Part shown: positions 26,045 through 33,920 of the stretch, one piece after another
How positions within the stretch are numbered: position 1 is the first letter of the stretch
Layout of the letters: each line of letters begins with the position of its first letter
Assembly (NCBI GenBank): GCA_030646555.1
Contig: JAUSKP010000010.1
Location: 1-57,499 of the forward strand
Direction of reading: 5' to 3'
Length of the DNA: 57,499 bases
Source: a bacterium
GTDB taxonomy: Bacteria > Patescibacteriota > Minisyncoccia > UBA6257 > 02-FULL-45-10c
Program-made: the position numbers and the translations under genes
Notes under the pieces: model-generated
The model's input: the letters and a program-made list of their open reading frames with translations, nothing else
What the model was told of the DNA's origin: nothing
Database searches by the model: none

Positions 26045-27707
26045 TTAAGTAATCAGGCCTAATATTATAATAGTTAAGCAAAAAATCCGCCAGCTCTCTG
26101 AATGCCGGCACGACAGTTGTTCCGGCGAGCGGCGCGCCCTCCGGTTTATCCAGTTTTATTAAAATAACGAATTTCGGATCATAAGCCGGCGCAAAACCGA
26201 TATAGGTATGAATGTAGTCATTGGGCAAATAACCGCCGCGCTGAAAATCAGGTATCTGCGCAGTGCCGGTTTTTCCGGCTACATAATATCCGGGAATTCT
26301 CGCAACATACGCCTTATCAACCGCAGAAACCATCATCTTTATCGCTTCAACCGATGCTTCTTTTGAAATAACCCTGCGAACCACTTGCGGTTCAGTATCC
26401 GCAACAATGAAGGGCTTCATCAGCTCTCCGCCGTTAGCTATCACGGAAAAAGCATTGATCATAGCAATTGGAGAAATGGCCAGTCCTTGGCCGAAAGAAG
26501 CCGTGGCAAAATCAACATCCTTGGAACTGCTCTTGAGCTTTTTAATATCGCTCGTCACTTCCCCGGGCAATTCAATGCCGGTGGTCTGATTAAAACCAAA
26601 TTTAACTAAATAATTATAAAATATATCCTTGCCGATCAAAGATTCGGCGTAAGCCGCTCCGGTATTCAAAGAACCTTCTATAACGCCGGTCATAGTTGTT
26701 AAACCGTGCGCTCCCTTTTCTTCATAATCCCAATTTTTTATAGTTTTTCCGTTTAGCTTTATAAAACCCTTATCTACATAAGTGGTATCGGCTGTCAATT
26801 TGCCGCTATCAAGGCCGGTAGCCATAGTAATAACCTTAAAAACCGAACCTGGCTCGTAAATACTCTGCGTAACCGGATTAAGAAAATCCTTTATTTTATA
26901 TTCTGAATAATTATTCGGATCAAAATTAGGATAATTGCCAAGAGCGATTATCTTTCCGGTTTTTGGGTCCTGGACTATCACCGATCCGCCCGCAGCATTA
27001 TACTTTTTGATCAAATCCTGCAGCGCGGTTTCTGCTCTATTTTGTATAGTTGGATCTATGGTCAAAACTATATCCTTGCCGTTTTCCAGATCAATAACCT
27101 TATTGCCTTCCAGTTGACCGTTTTTACCGGTGAGTTCGTCATTAAAAAATAATTCCGTTCCATATTTTCCGGACAACGCGTTGTCATCGGAACTCGGCGA
27201 AACAAAACCCAAAACCTGCGAAGCCAAATTTCCAAGAGGATAATATCTGAAATTTTTATTTTCTATATAGATCCCTTTAATATCAAGATTTCTGATTCCA
27301 TTGACCTGTTCCTGCGTGGCCTTTTTTAAAATTGAATAGTACTGATTTGTCGGGCTGGAAAAAGCCGCAGCTAACTCTTCTTTATCTAGCTTAAATATTG
27401 AAGCGATTTGTTCAGCTGCCAGATTAACAACGTCCTCTCCGCCGGCATAAATTTCTTTAGGAACGGCAAAAATTATAAAGTATTCTTTATTTATCGCGGC
27501 GGGAGAATGATTTTCACTTCTATCCGTAAAATAAATATCTCCCCTCATAGCTTCCAAGAAACCGGAAAGCCTGTTTTGAGATTCGGCTTTGGCTAAATAA
27601 TAAGATCCTTTAGTGATCTGCAGATTATAAATATTGGAAATCAAACCAAAAAATAAGAAAATGAAGAAGCTAGAGATTAAAAAAATTCTTATTTTCATCC
27701 CACACAT
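26037..27707 (-). CDS. ftsI: penicillin-binding protein 2/3-type transpeptidase
   Basis: N-terminal TM, PBP dimerisation domain, and transpeptidase motifs (SVFK, SLN, KTG: AGKTGTAQ). The first ATG lies in the family D TIR, so the start may be 27698. Confidence 0.88.
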   Translation of the reverse strand: MCGMKIRIFLISSFFIFLFFGLISNIYNLQITKGSYYLAKAESQNRLSGFLEAMRGDIYFTDRSENHSPAAINKEYFIIFAVPKEIYAGGEDVVNLAAEQIASIFKLDKEELAAAFSSPTNQYYSILKKATQEQVNGIRNLDIKGIYIENKNFRYYPLGNLASQVLGFVSPSSDDNALSGKYGTELFFNDELTGKNGQLEGNKVIDLENGKDIVLTIDPTIQNRAETALQDLIKKYNAAGGSVIVQDPKTGKIIALGNYPNFDPNNYSEYKIKDFLNPVTQSIYEPGSVFKVITMATGLDSGKLTADTTYVDKGFIKLNGKTIKNWDYEEKGAHGLTTMTGVIEGSLNTGAAYAESLIGKDIFYNYLVKFGFNQTTGIELPGEVTSDIKKLKSSSKDVDFATASFGQGLAISPIAMINAFSVIANGGELMKPFIVADTEPQVVRRVISKEASVEAIKMMVSAVDKAYVARIPGYYVAGKTGTAQIPDFQRGGYLPNDYIHTYIGFAPAYDPKFVILIKLDKPEGAPLAGTTVVPAFRELADFLLNYYNIRPDYLNE

Positions 27708-27830
27708 AACAAAGATTGAAAGCGAAGCTTTCTTTGACTTTGTTTTTATATATTAATTAGCTACGACGTTAATTATTATTTAATACCACTCACGCATATT
27801 AAACCGGATTATCTTTGTTATGTGTGGGAT
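27697..27830. repeat. family D MITE-like element
   Basis: Arms atcccacacataacaaag / ctttgttatgtgtgggat. Same orientation and junction relative to the downstream gene as copy 17383-17514. Confidence 0.85.
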
Positions 27831-27839
27831 TCATGCAAC

Positions 27840-28145
27840 TTAATTTACAGCCAAAGATTTAGTTTCAAAATATTTCGGACTTTTATCTTTAACTAAATTA
27901 TTACTCTTAATAACATCGTTCAAATTGCTCAAGTCTGTCATTTTATAAAGCTTATTTTTAAATTCAGCGTTTACCACTTGAAGCTCCTGAAGATTTTTTG
28001 TTCCTTCAGAAATAGACTGTTTTAGAGTTACGTTTTTATTATAAATATATATATTTGAAAAAGCCAAACAAGCTAGTGAAAGAGACATTAATAAAACCGC
28101 TGAATTATAAGAATATTTTGATTTATTTGGTTCTATGATAGTCAT
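27840..28145 (-). CDS. FtsL-like cell-division protein (single TM plus coiled coil)
   Basis: 101 aa, one TM helix, position between rsmH and ftsI. Confidence 0.55.
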   Translation of the reverse strand: MTIIEPNKSKYSYNSAVLLMSLSLACLAFSNIYIYNKNVTLKQSISEGTKNLQELQVVNAEFKNKLYKMTDLSNLNDVIKSNNLVKDKSPKYFETKSLAVN

Positions 28146-28148
28146 TTT

Positions 28149-29021
28149 TTAGATTATTTTTAATCCCCTAAGCTTAGCCGACCTGCTTCTTGGATTATTT
28201 GAAATCTCGTCCCTTGAAGCGCTAATTATTTTTTTATTCAGAAGTTCTGCCTTGCCCGATTTTTTCAGATCCCTGAAAATATTTTTCACTATCCTGTCTT
28301 CTAAAGAATGGAATGATATAACCGCAACCCTTCCCCCGCTTTTCACAATACTTTCCAGATCGCCTAAAATCTTTTTAATATTTTCCAGCTCGCCGTTCAC
28401 ATATATCCTTAAAGCTTGGAATGTTCTGGTAGCAGGATCTATCCTCCCCTTTTCATAATTCCTCGGCAAAGCGCTTCGTATTATCCGCGCCAGCTGCAGG
28501 CTTGTTTTAATCGGTTCCTTTTGTCTGTTTTCCACGATCACCCTAGCAATTCTTCCAGGAAATCTTTCTTCGCCCAGCTCCTTTATAATCTCCAAGAGTT
28601 TTTCTTCTGAATAAGTATTCACCACTTCGTAAGCCGTCGGCCCGCTTTCTCCATAGGACATCACAAGTGGCTCATCTTTTTTGAAACTAAATCCTTTTCC
28701 GGAGTCTTCCAGCTGATCGGAAGAAAATCCCAGATCTAGAAGCAAGCCATCGGCTTTTGGCAAATTATTTTCTTGTAAGAACTTTTTTGCATTTGCGTAA
28801 TTAACGTTAGCGAATGTAAAATTTTTCTTTTCAAGAATGATAATATTTCGTTCTGAGGCTTTTGGATCCCAATCAAATGCAAGAAGTTTTCCCTTCTCCC
28901 CTATCGCTTCAAGAATTTTTTCAGAATGGCCTCCGGCGCCAAAAGTTCCATCAATAAAGAATTCACCTTTTTGCGGTTTCAATATTTCCATCACTTCATT
29001 TAAAAGAACTGGGATATGCAT
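28149..29021 (-). CDS. rsmH: 16S rRNA (cytosine1402-N4)-methyltransferase RsmH
   Basis: MHIPVLLNEV, DGTFGAGGHS, DLGFSS and SFHSLEDR motifs. Confidence 0.93.
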   Translation of the reverse strand: MHIPVLLNEVMEILKPQKGEFFIDGTFGAGGHSEKILEAIGEKGKLLAFDWDPKASERNIIILEKKNFTFANVNYANAKKFLQENNLPKADGLLLDLGFSSDQLEDSGKGFSFKKDEPLVMSYGESGPTAYEVVNTYSEEKLLEIIKELGEERFPGRIARVIVENRQKEPIKTSLQLARIIRSALPRNYEKGRIDPATRTFQALRIYVNGELENIKKILGDLESIVKSGGRVAVISFHSLEDRIVKNIFRDLKKSGKAELLNKKIISASRDEISNNPRSRSAKLRGLKII

Positions 29022-29030
29022 AAATCATCT

Positions 29031-29160
29031 AATAACGAATTGGTACGAATGAGCGAATAGTAGTCCACTGATTAATTTAAAATATTGGGCGAGTTTCCCT
29101 ACAAACCCTAATGTTTAATCAGTAAATATTTAATTCGTATATTCGTTGTAATTCGTTATT
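29031..29160. repeat. family E inverted-repeat element between mraZ and rsmH
   Basis: aataacgaattggtacgaatgagcgaata ... tattcgtatattcgttgtaattcgttatt, with an inner pair ccactgattaa / ttaatcagt. Confidence 0.8.
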
Positions 29161-29171
29161 GGTTGATTACT

Positions 29172-29603
29172 TTAAATACCGAGCTCCCCCAACTTTTCGG
29201 CTATCTCATCTGAAGAGGATTCGGTTTTTGATTTATACTCCTTCCACGATTCGCTGTTCCAAACTTCAATGCGGTTATAAAGTCCAGCGATCACGGTCTC
29301 TTTCTGGAGTCCGGCATATTCTCTCAAATAATCAGGGATTAAAATTCTCCCCTGTTTATCAAGTTCTACATCCATCGCTCCGGCAACCATTAAACGGACA
29401 AACGCTCTGGAGTTGGCCTGAACCAGTGGAAGGTTGATAAGTTTCTGCGCTAAAACTTCCCAATCTTTTGAAGTGAAAATAAAAAGACAGTGATCCAAAC
29501 CCTTTGTGATAATTGCGCCAGTTCCCACTTTTTGGCGGAATTTTACAGGAAGAGCGATTCTGCCCTTTGAATCTAAACTATGTTTGTATTCTCCGATGAA
29601 CAT
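29172..29603 (-). CDS. mraZ: transcriptional regulator MraZ
   Basis: MFIGEYKHSLDSKGRIALP... Two SpoVT/AbrB-like repeats. First gene of the dcw cluster. Confidence 0.93.
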   Translation of the reverse strand: MFIGEYKHSLDSKGRIALPVKFRQKVGTGAIITKGLDHCLFIFTSKDWEVLAQKLINLPLVQANSRAFVRLMVAGAMDVELDKQGRILIPDYLREYAGLQKETVIAGLYNRIEVWNSESWKEYKSKTESSSDEIAEKLGELGI

Positions 29604-29683
29604 ATGAAAATAATTTACAATTTACAATTTTAAATTTTTAAAAATATTACCGAACAATATATAGCGAGGCTGGATTTTCTTTT

Positions 29684-29811
29684 CTGTAGTTAAAAATTAA
29701 CTACAAAATTGAGCACCCTGTTAAATACTGCTTTGCAGTAACCCAGTTAAATAAAATCTTCGATTTTCTTTTGCCAAAAGCAAAAGATTTAATAGGGTTA
29801 TTTAACAGGGT
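29684..29811. repeat. family C MITE-like element / GIY-YIG gene remnant
   Basis: ctgtagttaaaaattaactacaaaattgagcACCCTGTTAAAT ... TATTTAACAGGGT. The reverse strand still encodes ...YLTGCSIL, the GIY-YIG C-terminus. Confidence 0.8.
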
Positions 29812-29857
29812 CCTCGATTTTACATCCAATCGTTTCACTCTTGGGTAAAATCGGGAC

Positions 29858-29959
29858 TTATCCCCAGAATCAAGGGTTATCCCCATAGTTATCCACTTCC
29901 CACCACATACATACATTCTACCCCACTAATTAGAGGTGGTCAAAGCAAAAAGTGGATAA
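29858..29959. promoter_or_regulatory. cluster of four DnaA-box-like 9-mers upstream of mraZ
   Basis: TTATCCCCA (29858), TTATCCCCA (29877), TTATCCACT (29889) and AGTGGATAA (29951). Each matches TTATCCACA at 8/9. Confidence 0.4.
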
Positions 29960-30092
29960 CTAAAAAAGCCCGCCTTTAACGGTGGGTCTTTATTTTTTTG
30001 TGTGCGCGCACCAGGAGTCCCCTCCTTCGCTGTAGCTACGGACGGGCAAAGGGACTCTGTGGTCTTTACGACTTGTCCCGCACTAAAATTTG

Positions 30093-30155
30093 TGGGCATT
30101 ACTGGAACCCCAGCACTACAGCAAAGCTGAGTGCGGGGCGCGGTTGGACCAGTGG
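30093..30155 (-). other. tRNA T-arm/acceptor-like minihelix with a 36-nt hairpin insert in the T-loop
   Basis: Minus sense: CCACTGGTCCAA[CCGCGCCCCGCACTCAGCTTTGCTGTAGTGCTGGGG]TTCCAGTAATGCCCA. The insert is 32/36 identical to the one at 17124-17159. Confidence 0.6.
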
Positions 30156-30164
30156 CCTATTTAG

Positions 30165-30236
30165 TGCACTCTACAGGAATCGGACCTGTAGCCTTTCCGA
30201 TGTGAACGGAACGCTCTACCATTGAGCTAAGAGTGC
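30165..30236 (-). tRNA. tRNA-Val (anticodon CAC)
   Basis: GCACTCT/AGAGTGC acceptor, anticodon arm TTCCG-TTCACAT-CGGAA, T-arm ACAGG-TCCGATT-CCTGT. Confidence 0.9.
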
Positions 30237-30260
30237 GACTTAAATATCATAAACAAAAAA

Positions 30261-30282
30261 CACGCCGAATTCAATCGGCGTG
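30261..30282 (-). terminator. rho-independent terminator of the rplJL unit
   Basis: CACGCCGAttgaatTCGGCGTG followed by TTTTTTG in minus sense. Confidence 0.8.
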
Positions 30283-30293
30283 TTTTTTAGTTA

Positions 30294-30332
30294 CTATTGC
30301 AATTCAACAGTAGCGCCGGCAGTTTCCAATTT
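30294..30332 (-). pseudogene. relic copy of the last 12 codons of rplL
   Basis: Encodes [12 protein letters not shown] versus the real C-terminus [12 protein letters not shown]. Differs at most synonymous positions. Lies between the live stop codon and the terminator. Confidence 0.7.
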
Positions 30333-30384
30333 TCCCGACGCTTCGGTCGAGGATCCACGACTCCAAAGGAGTCGGGACTTTTTA

Positions 30385-30759
30385 TTATTGTAACTCGACG
30401 GTCGCGCCCGCTGCCTCGAGTTTTTTCTTTAAGTCCTCAGCTTCATCTTTCTTCAATCCTTCTTTGACAGTTTTAGGAGCGGCATCAACCATATCCTTGG
30501 ATTCTTTAAGTCCAAGACCAGTGGCCTCTCTTATGGCTTTAATGACTTGGATCTTCTGAGAACCACCATCTTTTAATACAACTTTCCAAGCGGTCTTCTC
30601 TTCGGCCTCAGCGCCACCAGCGGCAGCACCGGCTCCGGCAGCCATCACCGGCATAGCGGCGGAAATACCAAACTTTTCTTCCATTGCTTTTACGAACTCG
30701 GCGAGTTCAACAACTTTCATTTCTCCTATTTTATCTAACAATTCTTTATATTTTTCCAT
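30385..30759 (-). CDS. rplL: 50S ribosomal protein L7/L12
   Basis: N-terminal dimerisation helix, Ala/Gly hinge, and C-terminal [19 protein letters not shown]...[14 protein letters not shown]. Confidence 0.95.
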   Translation of the reverse strand: MEKYKELLDKIGEMKVVELAEFVKAMEEKFGISAAMPVMAAGAGAAAGGAEAEEKTAWKVVLKDGGSQKIQVIKAIREATGLGLKESKDMVDAAPKTVKEGLKKDEAEDLKKKLEAAGATVELQ

Positions 30760-30893
30760 AAATTTTTTACTGCGCCCGCCATAGCTTTAGCGAAGGCGGG
30801 TTTTTGTTAATTTTTATTGTGTTAACCTCCGACGCTTCGGTCGGAGCCCCGTACTTTGCCGACAGGCAAACGTCGGGGTTGTTATTTTATTTA

Positions 30894-31403
30894 TTACACA
30901 ACCTGCTTAGCTCTTTCGTTAAGCCCGATCATTATTTTCTTAATTGGCATAGTGAGCATCATAGCTATCTGAGACAGCAATACTTCCCTGGAAGGCAATG
31001 TGGCAACGAGATTGAACTCTTTGGCATCCACCACCCTCTTCTCCTTCATATCGTAAGCTCCCAATACTTCAAATTCGCCTTTCTTGGATTTCTTGATAAC
31101 TTTAGCAAATTTATTAATCGTGGCAGCTACCGAAGTCAGATCGCCTTTGGCAAAAACCGCGGCTATCTGAGATTTTGCGGTCATAGTATCAAAATTGATA
31201 CCGGAATTCTTTAAAGAAATATTCAATAATCTCTTTTTTACAACTTTCAGATCAGCTCCGGCTTTTTTGAGCTCTCTTTTGAGTTTCTTAAAATCCTCCA
31301 CCAAAACTCCGTTGAAACCGACGAAAACCGCAGTTTCATTTTCTTTTAATCTCTTTACGCTTTCGTCAACTAAAGAAATTTTTTGTTTTTTAGTTAATGA
31401 CAT
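30894..31403 (-). CDS. rplJ: 50S ribosomal protein L10
   Basis: 169 aa. L10-like NGVLVEDFKKLKRELKKAG pattern. Immediately upstream of rplL. Confidence 0.9.
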   Translation of the reverse strand: MSLTKKQKISLVDESVKRLKENETAVFVGFNGVLVEDFKKLKRELKKAGADLKVVKKRLLNISLKNSGINFDTMTAKSQIAAVFAKGDLTSVAATINKFAKVIKKSKKGEFEVLGAYDMKEKRVVDAKEFNLVATLPSREVLLSQIAMMLTMPIKKIMIGLNERAKQVV

Positions 31404-31560
31404 AATATTTGTTTTACTTTTCTATTAATCGACCCGGTCTATTATTAGTATTAAAAAAGACCACTAATGGTCCATAGTATCCGCCCTTTGGCAGATATTT
31501 ATTTCCTCGGCAGGTCTTATTCCTATTGGAAGCCCGCTGTCTATGGATACAGATAATATA
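31404..31560 (-). promoter_or_regulatory. possible L10-leader-type autoregulatory 5' UTR
   Basis: About 150 nt of structured, comparatively GC-rich untranslated sequence upstream of rplJ. Assigned by position only and not folded rigorously. Confidence 0.3.
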
Positions 31561-31674
31561 TATCAGATCACTTCGCCAGTCAATATTGGCGGCGAGATCT
31601 CAAAACCCGCCGTCGCCCCCGACTTCGCAAGGCTTCGACGGGCAAGAAGGCTATGGCGGGCGAAGAAAGAAAAA

Positions 31675-31701
31675 CCCCCTCACACTGTAAGTGTGAGGGG
31701 G
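31675..31701 (-). terminator. rho-independent terminator of the AAA+ gene
   Basis: CCCCCTCACACttacaGTGTGAGGGGG plus TTTTTC in minus sense. Confidence 0.85.
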
Positions 31702-31707
31702 CGTATT

Positions 31708-33030
31708 TTAATCTTTCTTTTCTTCTTCCACTTCTTCGTCCTTCTCAAAAACGACTTTGGACTTTTCATCAAGCGTGATATGCACTATATCATTCTTTTT
31801 GATCAATCCTTTGTTCTTGAGCCGGCAAAGAGGCTTGCGAAGGTACTTGTAAACCTTGTTTTTCACGAGCCTTGCTCCATTTTCAGGTTTATCGGTAGCT
31901 TCGTTAAGGATGAATTCTTTCACCTTTTCATCAAAAACAAGAACGATAGGAAGGTTTTTCAGGACTTTTTCCTGGAACTTGCGCAACTCAACATCTAATA
32001 TCTTGCGCAATATTTCCGGACCTAAGGGCCTGTAAGCGCTTATCCTATCCAGCCTTGCCAAGAATTCCGGAGGAAACACCAGCCTTACCTCTTCAAGCGC
32101 TATTTTGTAGATTTCTTTATCCTCGTCTACAACGGCATCGTCTTTTTTCTCCGGTACAAACCCAAGTTTTGGTTTCCGGAGCTCAGCCATTTTACGGGAA
32201 CCAGCATTGGTCGTCATCAGAATAACCGAATTTGAAAAATCGGTTACGATGCCGTTAGACAGCTGAAGCTGAGCCTTGTCTATAATATTCAGAAGAATAT
32301 TATGCAGGGCCGGATGAGCTTTTTCTATCTCGTCAAACAGAATGATAGATTTCGGCCTTTTATTCTGCATAAAAGGTTGCATATGCTCGAGCCTCTTTAC
32401 TTCTGCTATCATTTTTTCGCGCCTTATGATCAAAGGAAAAGACTCTTCAAGTTTTTTTCTGAGTTGGGGCCACTTTGCAATATCAAATGTGCCCCTATCA
32501 TCAAATAACCCAACAATCTTGTTTAGTTGTTCAGCAAGATCATTATTTACTTTAAGGATCTCTTCTACTCCGATCTCAATATTTTGGTTAATCTTAACCA
32601 AAACGGGATCGGCGCCTAAAGCAAACTGATCAATGTTGCCCTGCCATAAAATTGGCGGAGTCCCTGAATCCCTTTTATTGCACGGGTCCCAGTGGCCAAT
32701 ATAACCGGCAGGAGAGCCGATAAGCTTGGAAATGCTATGGCTTTCCGAATATGCCTCGCACGGAATTTTCGTGAAAGCATTTCTATCGCCAAACCAGAAT
32801 TCAGCCAGCAATTCAGCCGTTAGAGTCTTGCCGACACCGGAAGGTCCGCAGCACAAACCTACGTAAATAGGCTTGTTTTCAGTGAACATTTCCGATTCGA
32901 AAACCTCTATAGCGTCAGCTAAATCTTCAACTGCTTTATCCTGACCTTTGATAACGGACAACATAAACTCCAAAAGCTTAAAACCATTTTCGCTTGGTGT
33001 TTTTCCATCCAATCTTATTCTCTTTTTCAT
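31708..33030 (-). CDS. stand-alone ClpA/ClpB D2-like AAA+ ATPase with a large insertion after the pore loop
   Basis: Walker A GPSGVGKTLTAE, pore-loop-like GSPAGYIGH, Walker B/sensor ILFDEIEKAHPALHNILLNIID, MTTNAG, and a C-terminal D2-small-like domain. About 100 aa lie between GYIGH and ILFDEIEKAH. Confidence 0.8.
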   Translation of the reverse strand: MKKRIRLDGKTPSENGFKLLEFMLSVIKGQDKAVEDLADAIEVFESEMFTENKPIYVGLCCGPSGVGKTLTAELLAEFWFGDRNAFTKIPCEAYSESHSISKLIGSPAGYIGHWDPCNKRDSGTPPILWQGNIDQFALGADPVLVKINQNIEIGVEEILKVNNDLAEQLNKIVGLFDDRGTFDIAKWPQLRKKLEESFPLIIRREKMIAEVKRLEHMQPFMQNKRPKSIILFDEIEKAHPALHNILLNIIDKAQLQLSNGIVTDFSNSVILMTTNAGSRKMAELRKPKLGFVPEKKDDAVVDEDKEIYKIALEEVRLVFPPEFLARLDRISAYRPLGPEILRKILDVELRKFQEKVLKNLPIVLVFDEKVKEFILNEATDKPENGARLVKNKVYKYLRKPLCRLKNKGLIKKNDIVHITLDEKSKVVFEKDEEVEEEKKD

Positions 33031-33142
33031 AACGTTTCCCCCTTATATGTAATTTAAAAAGATGCTAATTTCAGATTAACTCTACCCAAAATAAAAAACA
33101 ACCCCCCTGTCGGGGAAGGTTAAAAACTATAAAAAGATTAAA

Positions 33143-33859
33143 TCAATCTTTGATTAGAGGCACAAAACTAAAACCAAAATATTCTTTTTTATCATACGCA
33201 TCTTTTGACTTCTTTTCTACCATCACAATGCTATTTTTGATAGGCGCGATAATTTTACCGCCAATTTTTAATTGCTCCAGCCAAGCGGCCGGAATTTCAT
33301 CGGCCGCGGCAGCGGCGATAATCTTGTCATAGGGCTCAAATTCCTTGCAGCCCAAAGAACCATCGCCCAAAACCAGCCTGACGATTCCCTGTTTTTCAAA
33401 TCCATACTTTATTAGATTTTCTTTGGCAAGTTTTTGAAGCTCTTCAATCCTTTCAACTGAAATGACCGAATATGAAATTGATGTCATTTCATTTTTAGCG
33501 ATAATTTCTTTATGAGTCTTGTCCTCGCTTCCGGAAAATTCCGCCTTTTGCTCTATCTCACGTTTCATATGGGTTAGAATATGAGCCATTAAAGCGGTTT
33601 TCCATCCGGAGCCGGTGCCAATTTCCAAAACACGTTCCCCTATTTTCAAATCCAAAAGCTCAAGCATAAAAGCCACAACCAACGGCTGGGAAATTGTCTG
33701 CCCATTACCGATAAGAAGCGGTTCATTCAGATAAGCCTTATCTTTGAACGCTTCCAAAACAAAATCTTTCCTGTCTACATTTTTAAAAGCTTCAATAATT
33801 ACGGGGTTTTTTAAATAGCCGTCTTTTTTTAAAAGCTCTATGAGTTCTTCATTTGTCAT
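33143..33859 (-). CDS. pcm: protein-L-isoaspartate O-methyltransferase
   Basis: GQTISQP and VLEIGTGSGW SAM motifs. Start trimmed to the ATG at 33857-33859 because upstream codons overlap the terminator hairpin of the preceding gene. Confidence 0.85.
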   Translation of the reverse strand: MTNEELIELLKKDGYLKNPVIIEAFKNVDRKDFVLEAFKDKAYLNEPLLIGNGQTISQPLVVAFMLELLDLKIGERVLEIGTGSGWKTALMAHILTHMKREIEQKAEFSGSEDKTHKEIIAKNEMTSISYSVISVERIEELQKLAKENLIKYGFEKQGIVRLVLGDGSLGCKEFEPYDKIIAAAAADEIPAAWLEQLKIGGKIIAPIKNSIVMVEKKSKDAYDKKEYFGFSFVPLIKD

Positions 33860-33884
33860 CTTCTTATTATAACAAAAAGAAAAA

Positions 33885-33915
33885 GCCCCCTCGCGCATAC
33901 AGCGCGCGAGGGGGC
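33885..33915 (-). terminator. rho-independent terminator of the 717-aa gene
   Basis: GCCCCCTCGCGCGCTGTATGCGCGAGGGGGC plus a T-run in minus sense. Confidence 0.85.
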
Positions 33916-33920
33916 AATTT

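Noticed and set aside
29701-29916. 71-aa minus-strand ORF ending ...YLTGCSIL
   Set aside because: Only the last about 8 residues resemble the GIY-YIG C-terminus. The rest is family C repeat and the DnaA-box region. I treat it as a gene remnant inside a MITE-like element, not a CDS.
29604-29998. Calling this region the chromosomal origin (oriC)
   Set aside because: Genes on both sides are on the same (minus) strand, and no dnaA or dnaN is nearby. The local strand switches are elsewhere (about 7.5 kb divergent, about 22.45 kb convergent). It is kept only as a DnaA-box/MraZ-box-like cluster needing a genome-wide skew test.
30804-31998. Plus-strand ORFs at 30804-31214, 31195-31428 and 31543-31998
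   Set aside because: They are antisense to rplJ and the AAA+ gene or composed of intergenic repeats. There is no RBS or motif support.
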